Part shown: positions 20,490-30,817 of the stretch, piece after piece
Numbering within the stretch: position 1 is the stretch's first letter
Layout of the letters: the number at the start of each line of letters is the position of its first letter
NCBI GenBank assembly: GCA_048594885.1
Contig: JBMDXB010000013.1
Coordinates: 24,115-88,114 of the forward strand
DNA length: 64,000 nucleotides
Direction of reading: 5' to 3'
Source: Vicinamibacterales bacterium
GTDB taxonomy: Bacteria > Acidobacteriota > Vicinamibacteria > Vicinamibacterales > 2-12-FULL-66-21
Notes under the pieces: generated by a model
Database searches by the model: none
The model's input: only the letters and a program-made list of their open reading frames with translations
Told to the model about the DNA's origin: nothing
Position numbers and translations under genes: made by a program

Positions 20490-20723
20490 ATGAAGAATGT
20501 GCAGGTCACGATCGACGAGGAAACGCTTTCGCGCGTGGACCGCGTGGGAAAACCCCTCGGGCTGAACAGATCGGAGATCGTCCGCCAGGCGCTGCGCCAG
20601 TGGCTCCGGCGGCACGCCGTCGAGAGCTTCGAGCGCAAGTGGATCGGCGCGCTGCAGGAGAGAGCGGACGACGCCTCTCGGGCTGACGATTGGCTCGAGG
20701 CCGAGGCGTGGGGCACTAAGTGA
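20490..20723 (+). CDS. Ribbon-helix-helix (CopG-like) antitoxin of a MazF/PemK-type toxin-antitoxin pair
   Basis: 77 aa. 'MKNVQVTIDEETLSRVDRVGKPLGLNRSEIVRQALRQWL' is a typical RHH N-terminus. Its stop overlaps the toxin start (GTGA). Confidence 0.8.
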   Translation: MKNVQVTIDEETLSRVDRVGKPLGLNRSEIVRQALRQWLRRHAVESFERKWIGALQERADDASRADDWLEAEAWGTK

Positions 20724-21040
20724 ACCGCGGCGACATCTGGCAGCTCGATTTGGGCGGGCGCGCGGGCCGGCGCCCGGCGCTCATCCTGACTCGCCAGGGT
20801 GTCATTGCACACGTCAGCAAGCTGACGGTCGCGGAGATTACTTCGGTTGGAAAGGGTTATCCCACCGAGGTCTGCATCGGACAGGCGAATCTGCGGAAAG
20901 CCTCGTACGTGCAGCTCGACAACCTGCAAACGGTGTCGAAAGACCGTTTCCTCAAGTACGTGGGCTCTCTGGATGCGGCCACGATGCAGACCGTCGGTCG
21001 CACAGTGATCCTCGCCCTGGGGCTCGAAGAAGCTCTCTGA
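20720..21040 (+). CDS. mazF: MazF/PemK-family endoribonuclease toxin
   Basis: 106 aa. 'RGDIWQLDLGG..GRRPALILT' and 'VAEITSVGKGYPTEV...SYVQLDNLQTVSKDRF' match the PemK/MazF pattern. Confidence 0.8.
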   Translation: MNRGDIWQLDLGGRAGRRPALILTRQGVIAHVSKLTVAEITSVGKGYPTEVCIGQANLRKASYVQLDNLQTVSKDRFLKYVGSLDAATMQTVGRTVILALGLEEAL

Positions 21041-21041
21041 T

Positions 21042-22604
21042 TTGCGGGGCACAGGCGTGAAGCCGATAGGTCTTCTGTTCATCGCCGCCGCCGTTTTCGG
21101 CTCCAGCGTCGGCTACGCGACTTCGAACCTGCAAACGTCCGACATCGCAACCGAGGCGGAGGCGCGGCAGGCGTGCGGCACGGCCTGCCACAGATTCCCT
21201 CCGCCGGACATCCTTCCACGCGCCGCCTGGCGCGGCGTCCTCGTCCGCATGCTGATGATCCGCGACGGCATCCCCGAGCCGGCCGGCGGCCTTGGCGGAC
21301 TGTCGTTCGTGATGCCGCTGCCCGCCGACTGGATGCGGGTGCGGCGCTACTACGAATCGCTCGCGCCTGCGGCGCTCCCGCAACCGGAGCAATGGCCCGA
21401 TGCCGGCACGGCGCCGTTTCAGCGCCAGCCGCTCACGCCGGCAGGCGCGCCGATGACGCCCGCGATCGCGAACGTCCGCTTCCTCGACATCGACGGCGAC
21501 AAACGCCTGGACATCGTCGCCAGCGACATGCGCGCGGGCAAGGTGATCGCCGGCCTTGCCAAAGACGCGTTCGCGCTGAAGGCGATAGCCGAGGTGCCCC
21601 ATCCGGCGCGCATCGAGCAGATCGATCTCGACAAGGACGGTCTGCAGGATCTGCTGGTCGCGGACCTCGGCTCGTTCTTCCCGGGTGATCATCACAACGG
21701 TGCGGTCGTCTGGCTGCGCCAGCAGAAAGGTGGCGCGTTCACGCCTCGGCGTCTTGCCGAGGGACTGGGCCGCACCGCCGACGCGCGCGCGGCCGACTTC
21801 GACGGCGACGGCGATCTCGACGTCATCGTCGCGGTGTTCGGCTGGCGGCAGACCGGCGCGGTCCTCCTGCTCGAGAACCGGACGACGGATTGGGCGGCGC
21901 CGAAGTTCTCACCGCGGACGATCGACGCGAGAACGGGCGCCATTCACGTACCGATCGTCGACCTCAACGGCGACGGGCGTCCGGACTTCGTCGTCCTGCT
22001 CGCGCAGGAGCACGAATCCGTGGTCGCGTTCCTGAACGCCGGAAAGGGCGAGTTCAAGGCGGAAAGCATCTACGCCGCCCCGCATCCCAACTGGGGCTCG
22101 TCCGGCATCGAGGTGGTCGATCTCGACGGAGACCGCGACCTCGACGTGCTGCTGACGCACGGTGATACGTTCGACGACTTCCTGCTCAAGCCGTACCATG
22201 GCATCACCTGGCTCGAGAGCCGCGGAACGTATCCGTACACGGCTCACCTGCTCGCGGCATTACCGGGCGCGCACCGCGCCCAGGCGGCGGACTTCGACGG
22301 CGACGGCGATCTCGACATCGCGGCGGCGGCCATGGCCCATGCCGACGACGCGGCAACCGGATCGCGCCTGGGCTCGGTCGTGTGGCTCGAACAGGTCAAG
22401 CCCGGCCTTTTCGAGCGCCACACGATCGAGCGGGGCACCCCAAATCATGCGACGCTCGACACCGCGGACGTCGATAATGATGGTGATCCCGATCTGGTCG
22501 TCGGCTGGTTCGCGATCCAGGACTCGACACCGGCGTGGATCGACCGGTGGATGAATTCCGCAAGAGCCGAGAACAGAAATAGACGTGAAGGGAGGCAGAC
22601 ATGA
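21042..22604 (+). CDS. Secreted FG-GAP repeat protein (no UnbV domain) with an N-terminal CX3CH motif
   Basis: 520 aa. Start uncertain (TTG 21042 or GTG 21057). 'LDIDGDKRLDIV', 'ADFDGDGDLDVIV', 'VDLNGDGRPDFVV', 'VDLDGDRDLDVLL', 'ADFDGDGDLDIA', 'ADVDNDGDPDLVV' are FG-GAP/VCBS units. 'CGTACH' at nt 21174-21191. Confidence 0.75.
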   Translation: MRGTGVKPIGLLFIAAAVFGSSVGYATSNLQTSDIATEAEARQACGTACHRFPPPDILPRAAWRGVLVRMLMIRDGIPEPAGGLGGLSFVMPLPADWMRVRRYYESLAPAALPQPEQWPDAGTAPFQRQPLTPAGAPMTPAIANVRFLDIDGDKRLDIVASDMRAGKVIAGLAKDAFALKAIAEVPHPARIEQIDLDKDGLQDLLVADLGSFFPGDHHNGAVVWLRQQKGGAFTPRRLAEGLGRTADARAADFDGDGDLDVIVAVFGWRQTGAVLLLENRTTDWAAPKFSPRTIDARTGAIHVPIVDLNGDGRPDFVVLLAQEHESVVAFLNAGKGEFKAESIYAAPHPNWGSSGIEVVDLDGDRDLDVLLTHGDTFDDFLLKPYHGITWLESRGTYPYTAHLLAALPGAHRAQAADFDGDGDLDIAAAAMAHADDAATGSRLGSVVWLEQVKPGLFERHTIERGTPNHATLDTADVDNDGDPDLVVGWFAIQDSTPAWIDRWMNSARAENRNRREGRQT

Positions 22605-23938
22605 AGCGCCTCTTCGTCCCGCTCGTTCTCGCGTTCACATTCCCGCTTGCCGCCCAACAGCCGCCGATCACCAGGACGACGACCACCGGCGTTCTGATTG
22701 ACGTGACCGTCGTCGATCGTCAAGGACAGCCTGTCCTCGACCTGCGCCCAGACGAGTTCGAGCTCGAAGAGGACGGCAAGCGGCAGAAGATTGCCGCAGT
22801 GTCGCTGGTCCACGCCGGCGTCAGCAAGGCGATCGGAGCACCGGTGGTGTCGACACCGCCCGCCTCGCCGGCAGCGACGGCGCCGCCAGCGGCCGACGTG
22901 GTGCCGGACCTGACGCCGAGCGTCACCGCCATCCTGTTCGATCGCCTCACGAGCGAAATCCGTCCGCTGGCGCATCGCGCGGCGCAGGCGCACGTGGCGT
23001 CGATGTCGTCGCCGCGCGACTACACGGGCGTCTTCCTCGCCGACACCACCCTGCGCACGTTCGCGAGCTTCACGAACAACACGGAGACGCTGCGCACCGC
23101 AGTCGATCGGCTCGGTGTGACGCCGGCTGCGAACGTCTCACCGGAAGCCGAGCGTGGTACATACGGCCTCGTGCAGAATCTGCCGGTCGATCCTAATCAG
23201 CCGGTCACTCCGAGTGCGGAGTCTGGAGCGGGCTGGATTAATCCGATCGAGCGGCAGAAGCACGTCCCGAACCCCGACCGATTGGGGGGACCCGAGGCTG
23301 CGCAGATAGGACTACTGCGAATGCAGTTGCGGATGCTCGAGACGTTCCGGCCGCTGCTCGAAGAGTTCCACGGGCACGCGTCGCTTGCGGCGCTGCGCGC
23401 CGTCGTCGGCGGCATGGCGATGCTTCCCGGCCGGAAGAGCATTCTCTACTTTTCGGAGGCGCTGCCGCTGACCGACGCCGTCAAGCCGAAGTTCGAAGCG
23501 TTGATCCAGGAGGCGAACCGCCACAACATCAGCTTCTACGCGGTGGACGCCGCCGGGCTTCGCGTCCACAGCGAGGGAGCGAGGGTGGCGAGGAACGTGG
23601 ATCTCGCGGGCGCGCAAGGCATCGGCGACGTGGAGCGCAACCGCGGCGCGTGGACGAAGGACATCGAGCGGCAGAGCGACCTCCTCTCGTCGAGCGTCTC
23701 GCTCGGCCGGCTCGCGAATGAGACGGGCGGGTTCCTCATCGACAACACCAACGACCTCACGAAGGGCTTCGCGCGCATGCAGCAGGACCGGACGACGTAC
23801 TACCTGCTGGCGTATCAGCCGACGAACGTGAAGGCGGACGGCACGTTCCGCAAGGTGAAGGTGAAGGTGAATCGCCCGCGCGTGACGGTCAGGGCGCGCC
23901 CGGGTTATGTGGCGGAAGCAGTAGGCAGTAGGCAGTAG
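22601..23938 (+). CDS. VWFA-related Acidobacterial domain protein (TIGR03436-like), secreted
   Basis: 445 aa. ATG overlaps the upstream TGA (ATGA). GGGAGG RBS. Signal peptide MKRLFVPLVLAFTFPLAAQ. Family N-terminus 'VLIDVTVVDRQGQPVLDLRPDEFELEEDGKRQKI'. C-terminal 'GTFRKVKVKVNRPRVTVRARPGY'. Confidence 0.85.
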   Translation: MKRLFVPLVLAFTFPLAAQQPPITRTTTTGVLIDVTVVDRQGQPVLDLRPDEFELEEDGKRQKIAAVSLVHAGVSKAIGAPVVSTPPASPAATAPPAADVVPDLTPSVTAILFDRLTSEIRPLAHRAAQAHVASMSSPRDYTGVFLADTTLRTFASFTNNTETLRTAVDRLGVTPAANVSPEAERGTYGLVQNLPVDPNQPVTPSAESGAGWINPIERQKHVPNPDRLGGPEAAQIGLLRMQLRMLETFRPLLEEFHGHASLAALRAVVGGMAMLPGRKSILYFSEALPLTDAVKPKFEALIQEANRHNISFYAVDAAGLRVHSEGARVARNVDLAGAQGIGDVERNRGAWTKDIERQSDLLSSSVSLGRLANETGGFLIDNTNDLTKGFARMQQDRTTYYLLAYQPTNVKADGTFRKVKVKVNRPRVTVRARPGYVAEAVGSRQ

Positions 23939-23945
23939 GCAGAGC
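23918..23945. repeat. Short heptamer array (GCAGTAG)x3 + GCAGAGC overlapping the last 7 codons and the stop of the VWFA gene
   Basis: gcagtag gcagtag gcagtag gcagagc. Translated ...AVGSRQ*. The unit contains TAG. Confidence 0.75.
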
Positions 23946-23946
23946 G

Positions 23947-25662
23947 TTACGATACGCCCTTGCCTTCGACGATTGTCACGTAGCGATCGACGGGCAGGTT
24001 GGTGAGCCGCTCGACGCGGCCGCTCGGCTGCGGCCACTTGATCTCCACCCAGTCCACCTTCGCGGCAGTGCCGAGACCGAGTACCTCGCGCACGTCGTGC
24101 GACGAAAGATAGCTGCCGCCGCTGGTCTTGTAGCGGCTGCGTGTCGTCCCGTTCACCGACCACGTCATCGTCGTGCCGATCGCGTCGCGGTTGCACGTGG
24201 TGCCCTGCAGTCTCAGCCCGAGCCAGTGGTGGCCGTCGCCGGCGTTGTTCTCCAGCAGCAGCGGCGCGCCGCCGTTGTTGCCGACGAGCACGTCGATGCG
24301 GCCGTCGTTGTTGTAGTCGCCGATCGCCAGGCCGCGCGCGGGAAACGACTTATGGAACACCGGCCCCGCCTGCGCGCTGACGTTCGTCAGCTTCGTGCCC
24401 TCGTGCCGGAACAGCAGCAGCGGCTCCTCGTACTTCACCTGCTGCGAGTACTGCTCGATCATGTCGTCCGGGTGGCCGTTGGCCAGGAACAGATCGACCA
24501 GGCCGTCGTTGTCGTAATCGAAGAACTTCAGCCCCCAGCCGCTCAGCAGACGCGTCGCCTGGGCGACGCCGTGGCCTGCGGCCACGTCGCGGAAGTACTC
24601 CTTGGTCTCGTTCTGATACAGCGAGAACATTTCCTGATCGACGTTCGCCACGAACAGGTCCTGCCAGCCGTCGCCGTTGAAGTCCGAAGCGTCGACGCCC
24701 ATGCCGGATCGCGGGGCGCCGTTCGCGCTGAACCCGACTTCGGCGGCCAGGCCGATCTCTTCCCACTTGCCCTTGCCGCGGTTCACGAACAGGAAGTTCT
24801 GCACGGTGTCGTTGGCGACGAACAGATCCATCAGCCCGTCGTTGTTGATGTCGGTCGCGACGACGCCGAGGGCCTTGCCGAGCGCACGATGGATGTCGGT
24901 GCCTTCGCTGACCTTCGTGAAGGTGCCGTCGCCGTTGTTGTGATAGAGCACGCTCGGCGTCGGCTTGAAGACGCGGGGGATGCAGTAGAAGCGCCGCCCC
25001 AGCTTGTTGTCGCCGCAGAACACGTTGTTCTTGAGCGAGAACTCGACGAAGCTGCAGAGAAACAGATCGAGACGGCCGTCGTTGTCGTAATCGAACCAGA
25101 CCGCACTCGTCGTCCAGCCGGGCGTCGCCACGCCCGCCTTGTCCGTCACGTCGGTGAAGGTGCCGTTGCCGTTGTTGCGATACAGCGTGCAGCGGCCGTA
25201 GGCAGTGACGAGGATGTCCTGGTGGCCGTCATTGTCGTAGTCGGCGATGGCGCAGCCCATGCCGAACTCGTGGCCGCCGGCGACGCCGGCCTTGTCGGTC
25301 ACGTCGGTGAACGTGCCGTCGCGGTTGTTCTTGTAGAGCGCGTTCTTCAACGGCGTCTTCGGCTGGTAGAAATCGGCGCGGCCGCTGTTCACCATGAAGA
25401 TGTCCATCCAGCCGTCGTTGTCGTAGTCGAAAAACGCCACGCCGGGCCCCATCGTCTCCGGCAGGTAGCGCTCCGGAGACATCGCGTTCTCGTGCACCCA
25501 CGTGATACCGCTGGCCGCCGGCGGAATCTCCTCGAACACGGGCGGTGCGGCGGCGAGGCGCGGCAGCAAGGTGCGGCCGTGTGCCATGGACATGCCCGCC
25601 ATCGCCAGCAGGCGCATGACGTCGCGGCGGGACGGCATCGGTGACATTCGCGAACGGTTCAT
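23947..25662 (-). CDS. FG-GAP/VCBS + ASPIC/UnbV protein (CRTAC1-like) with twin-arginine-type signal
   Basis: 571 aa. '[19 protein letters not shown]' is Tat-like. '[20 protein letters not shown]'. UnbV signature '[15 protein letters not shown]...[17 protein letters not shown]...IKWPQPSG'. Confidence 0.85.
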   Translation of the reverse strand: MNRSRMSPMPSRRDVMRLLAMAGMSMAHGRTLLPRLAAAPPVFEEIPPAASGITWVHENAMSPERYLPETMGPGVAFFDYDNDGWMDIFMVNSGRADFYQPKTPLKNALYKNNRDGTFTDVTDKAGVAGGHEFGMGCAIADYDNDGHQDILVTAYGRCTLYRNNGNGTFTDVTDKAGVATPGWTTSAVWFDYDNDGRLDLFLCSFVEFSLKNNVFCGDNKLGRRFYCIPRVFKPTPSVLYHNNGDGTFTKVSEGTDIHRALGKALGVVATDINNDGLMDLFVANDTVQNFLFVNRGKGKWEEIGLAAEVGFSANGAPRSGMGVDASDFNGDGWQDLFVANVDQEMFSLYQNETKEYFRDVAAGHGVAQATRLLSGWGLKFFDYDNDGLVDLFLANGHPDDMIEQYSQQVKYEEPLLLFRHEGTKLTNVSAQAGPVFHKSFPARGLAIGDYNNDGRIDVLVGNNGGAPLLLENNAGDGHHWLGLRLQGTTCNRDAIGTTMTWSVNGTTRSRYKTSGGSYLSSHDVREVLGLGTAAKVDWVEIKWPQPSGRVERLTNLPVDRYVTIVEGKGVS

Positions 25663-25704
25663 GGGTGAGGTGATTGTACCGGACGGCGTTGCTGCCGTGC
25701 CGCG

Positions 25705-27330
25705 TCACGCGCGCCGGGGTCGTGCAGCCCCGGGATCCGGCCGGCGCGTCGAGCACATGTCGGACGCCGAATCGCGTGCCCCGTAGCTCCAGAACAGCAC
25801 GCCGCTGTAGCCGCCGTCCGCGGCGGCGGCGACGAATTCCTGCTGTGTGATTCTGGTGCCGGCAGTCGGGACTTCACCGACGAAGCATGGCTTGTCCAGG
25901 CCCAGTTCGTCGTACGGGGTCCACGGGAACGGTTCTTCTCGCGCGAAATGGTCGTACCAATGGAACTGGTACAGGTCGAGGTCGCACCCCGTCCACCGCG
26001 GCAGCCACATCCGCCTCGCGGTGCCGAGCGTGACGAGCTGGGTAGGCGTCAGGCGGTGCACGTACGCGGCGCAGCTCCTCACGAATGTCTGCATCTCCGC
26101 CAGCGACACGACATCGTGCCGGTCGCGAAGCGTGTTGCCGGCCTCATCGACCGCCCAGTCCGGTTCGTTGCAGACGTCCCACGCCAGAATCGCGGGGTGC
26201 CTGCCGTAGCGTTCGAGCAGCGGTTGCAGCGCACGATCGAGGTAGCTGCGGCGCTTGGCAGCGTCGCGAATGACGTCGGCATGTCCACCGAGCTGCACGC
26301 CGCTGACCGTCCGTGGATACGCGCTCCAGCCGAAGTCGAGCAACACCGGTATGACCAGTACCCCGTGGTGCTCGGCCGCCTGAAGCAGCACGTCGAAGTC
26401 GCGGTAGAACAGATCGTCGAGGCCCGTGACACTGCCGTCCGGAGCAAACGCCGGAGCCGCGCGACCGTCGCAGAAGATGAAGAACCGCACGACGGACGAG
26501 GCGATGGGGTTGCGGCGGCGAAGGTCGGCAAACTGGGCGTCGCATTCCGTGCGTTCGAAGTCGAACAGGAACGGAGGTTCCGTTTCGACGACGAATTCGT
26601 CCAGCCACATCGGGCCGTCGATCGCCGCCAACGGGGAGCCGGCGACCATCGCCATGCCCATCAAGCTCACGTTCCGGAGCTCGAAGCCGGAATCGACATA
26701 GGCGGCATCGCGGACGTCGAACCGCACCATGAGATCGACGGAGCGCTCCTCCCACGATGCGCTGATCGGTAGCGGCCTGGTGAACAGCGATGGCCAGCGT
26801 TCCGGCGTGAGCCGCGTTTTGGCAAACAGTTGCAGGTAGTTCGGGGAGTCTGCGGATCCCGCACTGCCTCTCGGCACGCGAATACGCCACCGCGCGAGAA
26901 CGCCGTCCAAATCCACGGACGAGGCGCTCTCGAGCGGCGGGCAGCCCCGCGGCCAGTGGTCGAAGAGACTGACGTAGACCGCGCCGGCGGAACGGATGGT
27001 GTCGGCGCCCGATAGATGGCAATCGATGCGGAGCGCGCCGCGGCCCGACAGCGGATCGACCGCAACCTGCGAGCCCGTGAAGCCGCGCACGCCTGCGAAC
27101 GTCTCACACGTCCAGCCGCTGGTCGAGAGACCGTCGTGGCCCCAGGCACGGCCGAAGTCGTGTCCGTAGCCGATCCATGGGTGATTCCATCCCGTGTGGA
27201 ACGCGTCGGTGGATTGCGCACGTGCCGACCCGCCCAGCGCGTGCGCCCAGACCGGCAGCAGGCTCAGCGTCCGCAGGAATCGCCGCCGGCCGTGCGGGCC
27301 TCCGGAGACGGCAATGTCGTGATGCGGCAT
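25705..27330 (-). CDS. Secreted glycoside hydrolase, clan GH-A (GH5-like) candidate, Tat-type signal
   Basis: Start set at the ATG at 27330 ('MPHHDIAVSGGPHGRRRFLRTLSLLPVWAHALGG'). 'LAWDVCNEPDW' is a GH-A acid/base N-E-P context. 'CFVGEVP' is a candidate nucleophile Glu. The 94 upstream codons of the ORF track are Arg/Pro-rich and rejected. Confidence 0.55.
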   Translation of the reverse strand: MPHHDIAVSGGPHGRRRFLRTLSLLPVWAHALGGSARAQSTDAFHTGWNHPWIGYGHDFGRAWGHDGLSTSGWTCETFAGVRGFTGSQVAVDPLSGRGALRIDCHLSGADTIRSAGAVYVSLFDHWPRGCPPLESASSVDLDGVLARWRIRVPRGSAGSADSPNYLQLFAKTRLTPERWPSLFTRPLPISASWEERSVDLMVRFDVRDAAYVDSGFELRNVSLMGMAMVAGSPLAAIDGPMWLDEFVVETEPPFLFDFERTECDAQFADLRRRNPIASSVVRFFIFCDGRAAPAFAPDGSVTGLDDLFYRDFDVLLQAAEHHGVLVIPVLLDFGWSAYPRTVSGVQLGGHADVIRDAAKRRSYLDRALQPLLERYGRHPAILAWDVCNEPDWAVDEAGNTLRDRHDVVSLAEMQTFVRSCAAYVHRLTPTQLVTLGTARRMWLPRWTGCDLDLYQFHWYDHFAREEPFPWTPYDELGLDKPCFVGEVPTAGTRITQQEFVAAAADGGYSGVLFWSYGARDSASDMCSTRRPDPGAARPRRA

Positions 27331-27368
27331 TCTTCCGGGGCGCTCCTGTTGAATAGTACTATGCTCGC

Positions 27369-29588
<2,220 letters not shown>

Positions 29589-29620
29589 GCGCGGGAGCAT
29601 TCAGCCAGAGGAGAACAATC

Positions 29621-30319
29621 GTGTTTCGATCGACCGCAGCAGCGTCGCTCATACTTGCCAGCATTGTCATCGCCGTCGGCGCCCAGGACCCTGGCCGAAG
29701 CGACGGGAAGACCCTCGTGTACGCCGACTTCGAACGGGTGGAGGACGGCCGGCCGGTCACTACGCGGGGCGGTCTCATCCAATTGGTCGCCTACGAGGAG
29801 AGCCGGACTCACAAGAGCACCTTCAAAGGGCTGGAGGGCGCCACGCCGCCGGCGCCGGAGCTGGTGCGCATCAAGAAGGACGACCCGAATCGCGCGATGA
29901 AGTTCGACTACGCGCTGCTGGCGCCGAACCAGTGGGCCGGCGTGACCGTCGAGCTTCACGGGCTTCCCGACGTAGACGGTCAGGCCGTGCCCGAGGACGT
30001 CAGCATGTACAAGACGCTGTCGCTGCAGGTCTACGCCACCGGCGTTCCCATCTTGCGCCTCGAAACGGTCTCGGGCGAGCGTGGCCGGGACATGCGGATG
30101 GTGTACCCGCAGATGACGTTCCAGATCCGGCCCGGCATGAACACCTACAAGGTGCCGATGACCTCGTTCACGCAACCGGCATGGTTCACCGATCGGCGCG
30201 TGGACCCGAAGGACATCTTCAGGAAGCTGACCTCCGTCCACCTGACGGCGTTCTGCGACCAGTGCCCGGAGAACCGCCAGGGCATGGTGATCGTCGACAA
30301 CGTCATCTTCGAAAAGTAA
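29621..30319 (+). CDS. Secreted hypothetical protein
   Basis: GTG at 29621 preceded by GGAGAA. 'VFRSTAAASLILASIVIAVGAQD' is signal-like. No family recognised by eye. The ORF-track start at 29486 overlaps the upstream gene and is rejected. Confidence 0.5.
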   Translation: MFRSTAAASLILASIVIAVGAQDPGRSDGKTLVYADFERVEDGRPVTTRGGLIQLVAYEESRTHKSTFKGLEGATPPAPELVRIKKDDPNRAMKFDYALLAPNQWAGVTVELHGLPDVDGQAVPEDVSMYKTLSLQVYATGVPILRLETVSGERGRDMRMVYPQMTFQIRPGMNTYKVPMTSFTQPAWFTDRRVDPKDIFRKLTSVHLTAFCDQCPENRQGMVIVDNVIFEK

Positions 30320-30340
30320 GCTCGAGCGGTTCGGCGATCG

Positions 30341-30616
30341 TCAACGAGGACGTTGACGCATCCTCTTGCGCGGTAACTCATGTCCGCGAATCGGTGGATT
30401 GCCCTTCCCCGTCCGCTTGAGTACCCGAAGCGCCTTCTTGATGTCGCCTCTCGCGGCGCGTTCGGCGAAGTACTCCTCTGTGCGAAGCGCTGATACCTTC
30501 TCGGCGACGGCGACGTTGATCAATTGATTCACCGCTACGCCTTCGGCTTTGGCGACTTTCTTCGCTTCTTCCATCAGTGAGGGCTGAAGCCGCAGCGCGA
30601 AATTACTCTTCTTCAT
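30341..30616 (-). CDS. HicB-like / RHH-type antitoxin
   Basis: 91 aa from the ATG at 30616. 'MKKSNFALRLQPSLMEEAKKVAKAEGVAVNQLINVAVAEKV' fits the pattern of HicB-like/Arc-type antitoxins. The ATG overlaps the stop of the upstream PIN fragment (ATGA). Confidence 0.65.
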   Translation of the reverse strand: MKKSNFALRLQPSLMEEAKKVAKAEGVAVNQLINVAVAEKVSALRTEEYFAERAARGDIKKALRVLKRTGKGNPPIRGHELPRKRMRQRPR

Positions 30617-30817
30617 GAGCGACTCTCCATCCGTCGCACGGCGTCTGCGGGTGCCATGATTTCGAGTCCGAAGCGCGCGGCTGCCGACTCGAAGTGTCGC
30701 CGATTGAACGTGACGACCACTTCGGTGCGCCCGTTCACGGCCGTTTCGAGTACGAGGTCGTCTCCGGGGTCTGGCAGCAGCGGCCGCCACAAGAACGAGA
30801 CCCGAACGGGCTCTATC
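30613..30817 (-). pseudogene. C-terminal half of a PIN-domain toxin (TIGR00305-like); N-terminal half absent
   Basis: 'IEPVRVSFLWRPLLPDPGDDLVLETAVNGRTEVVVTFNRRHF..FGLEIMAPADAVRRM' matches only the distal half of PIN toxins. The sole in-frame start is a GTG overlapping the TGA of the VWFA gene. Upstream in this frame is non-PIN sequence antisense-free inside an intact VWFA C-terminus. Confidence 0.45.

Noticed and set aside
21174-21191. Calling the 21042-22604 product a bona fide c-type cytochrome
   Set aside because: The motif is CGTACH (CX3CH), not canonical CXXCH, and it occurs once. It is kept only as a low-confidence observation, not as an annotation.
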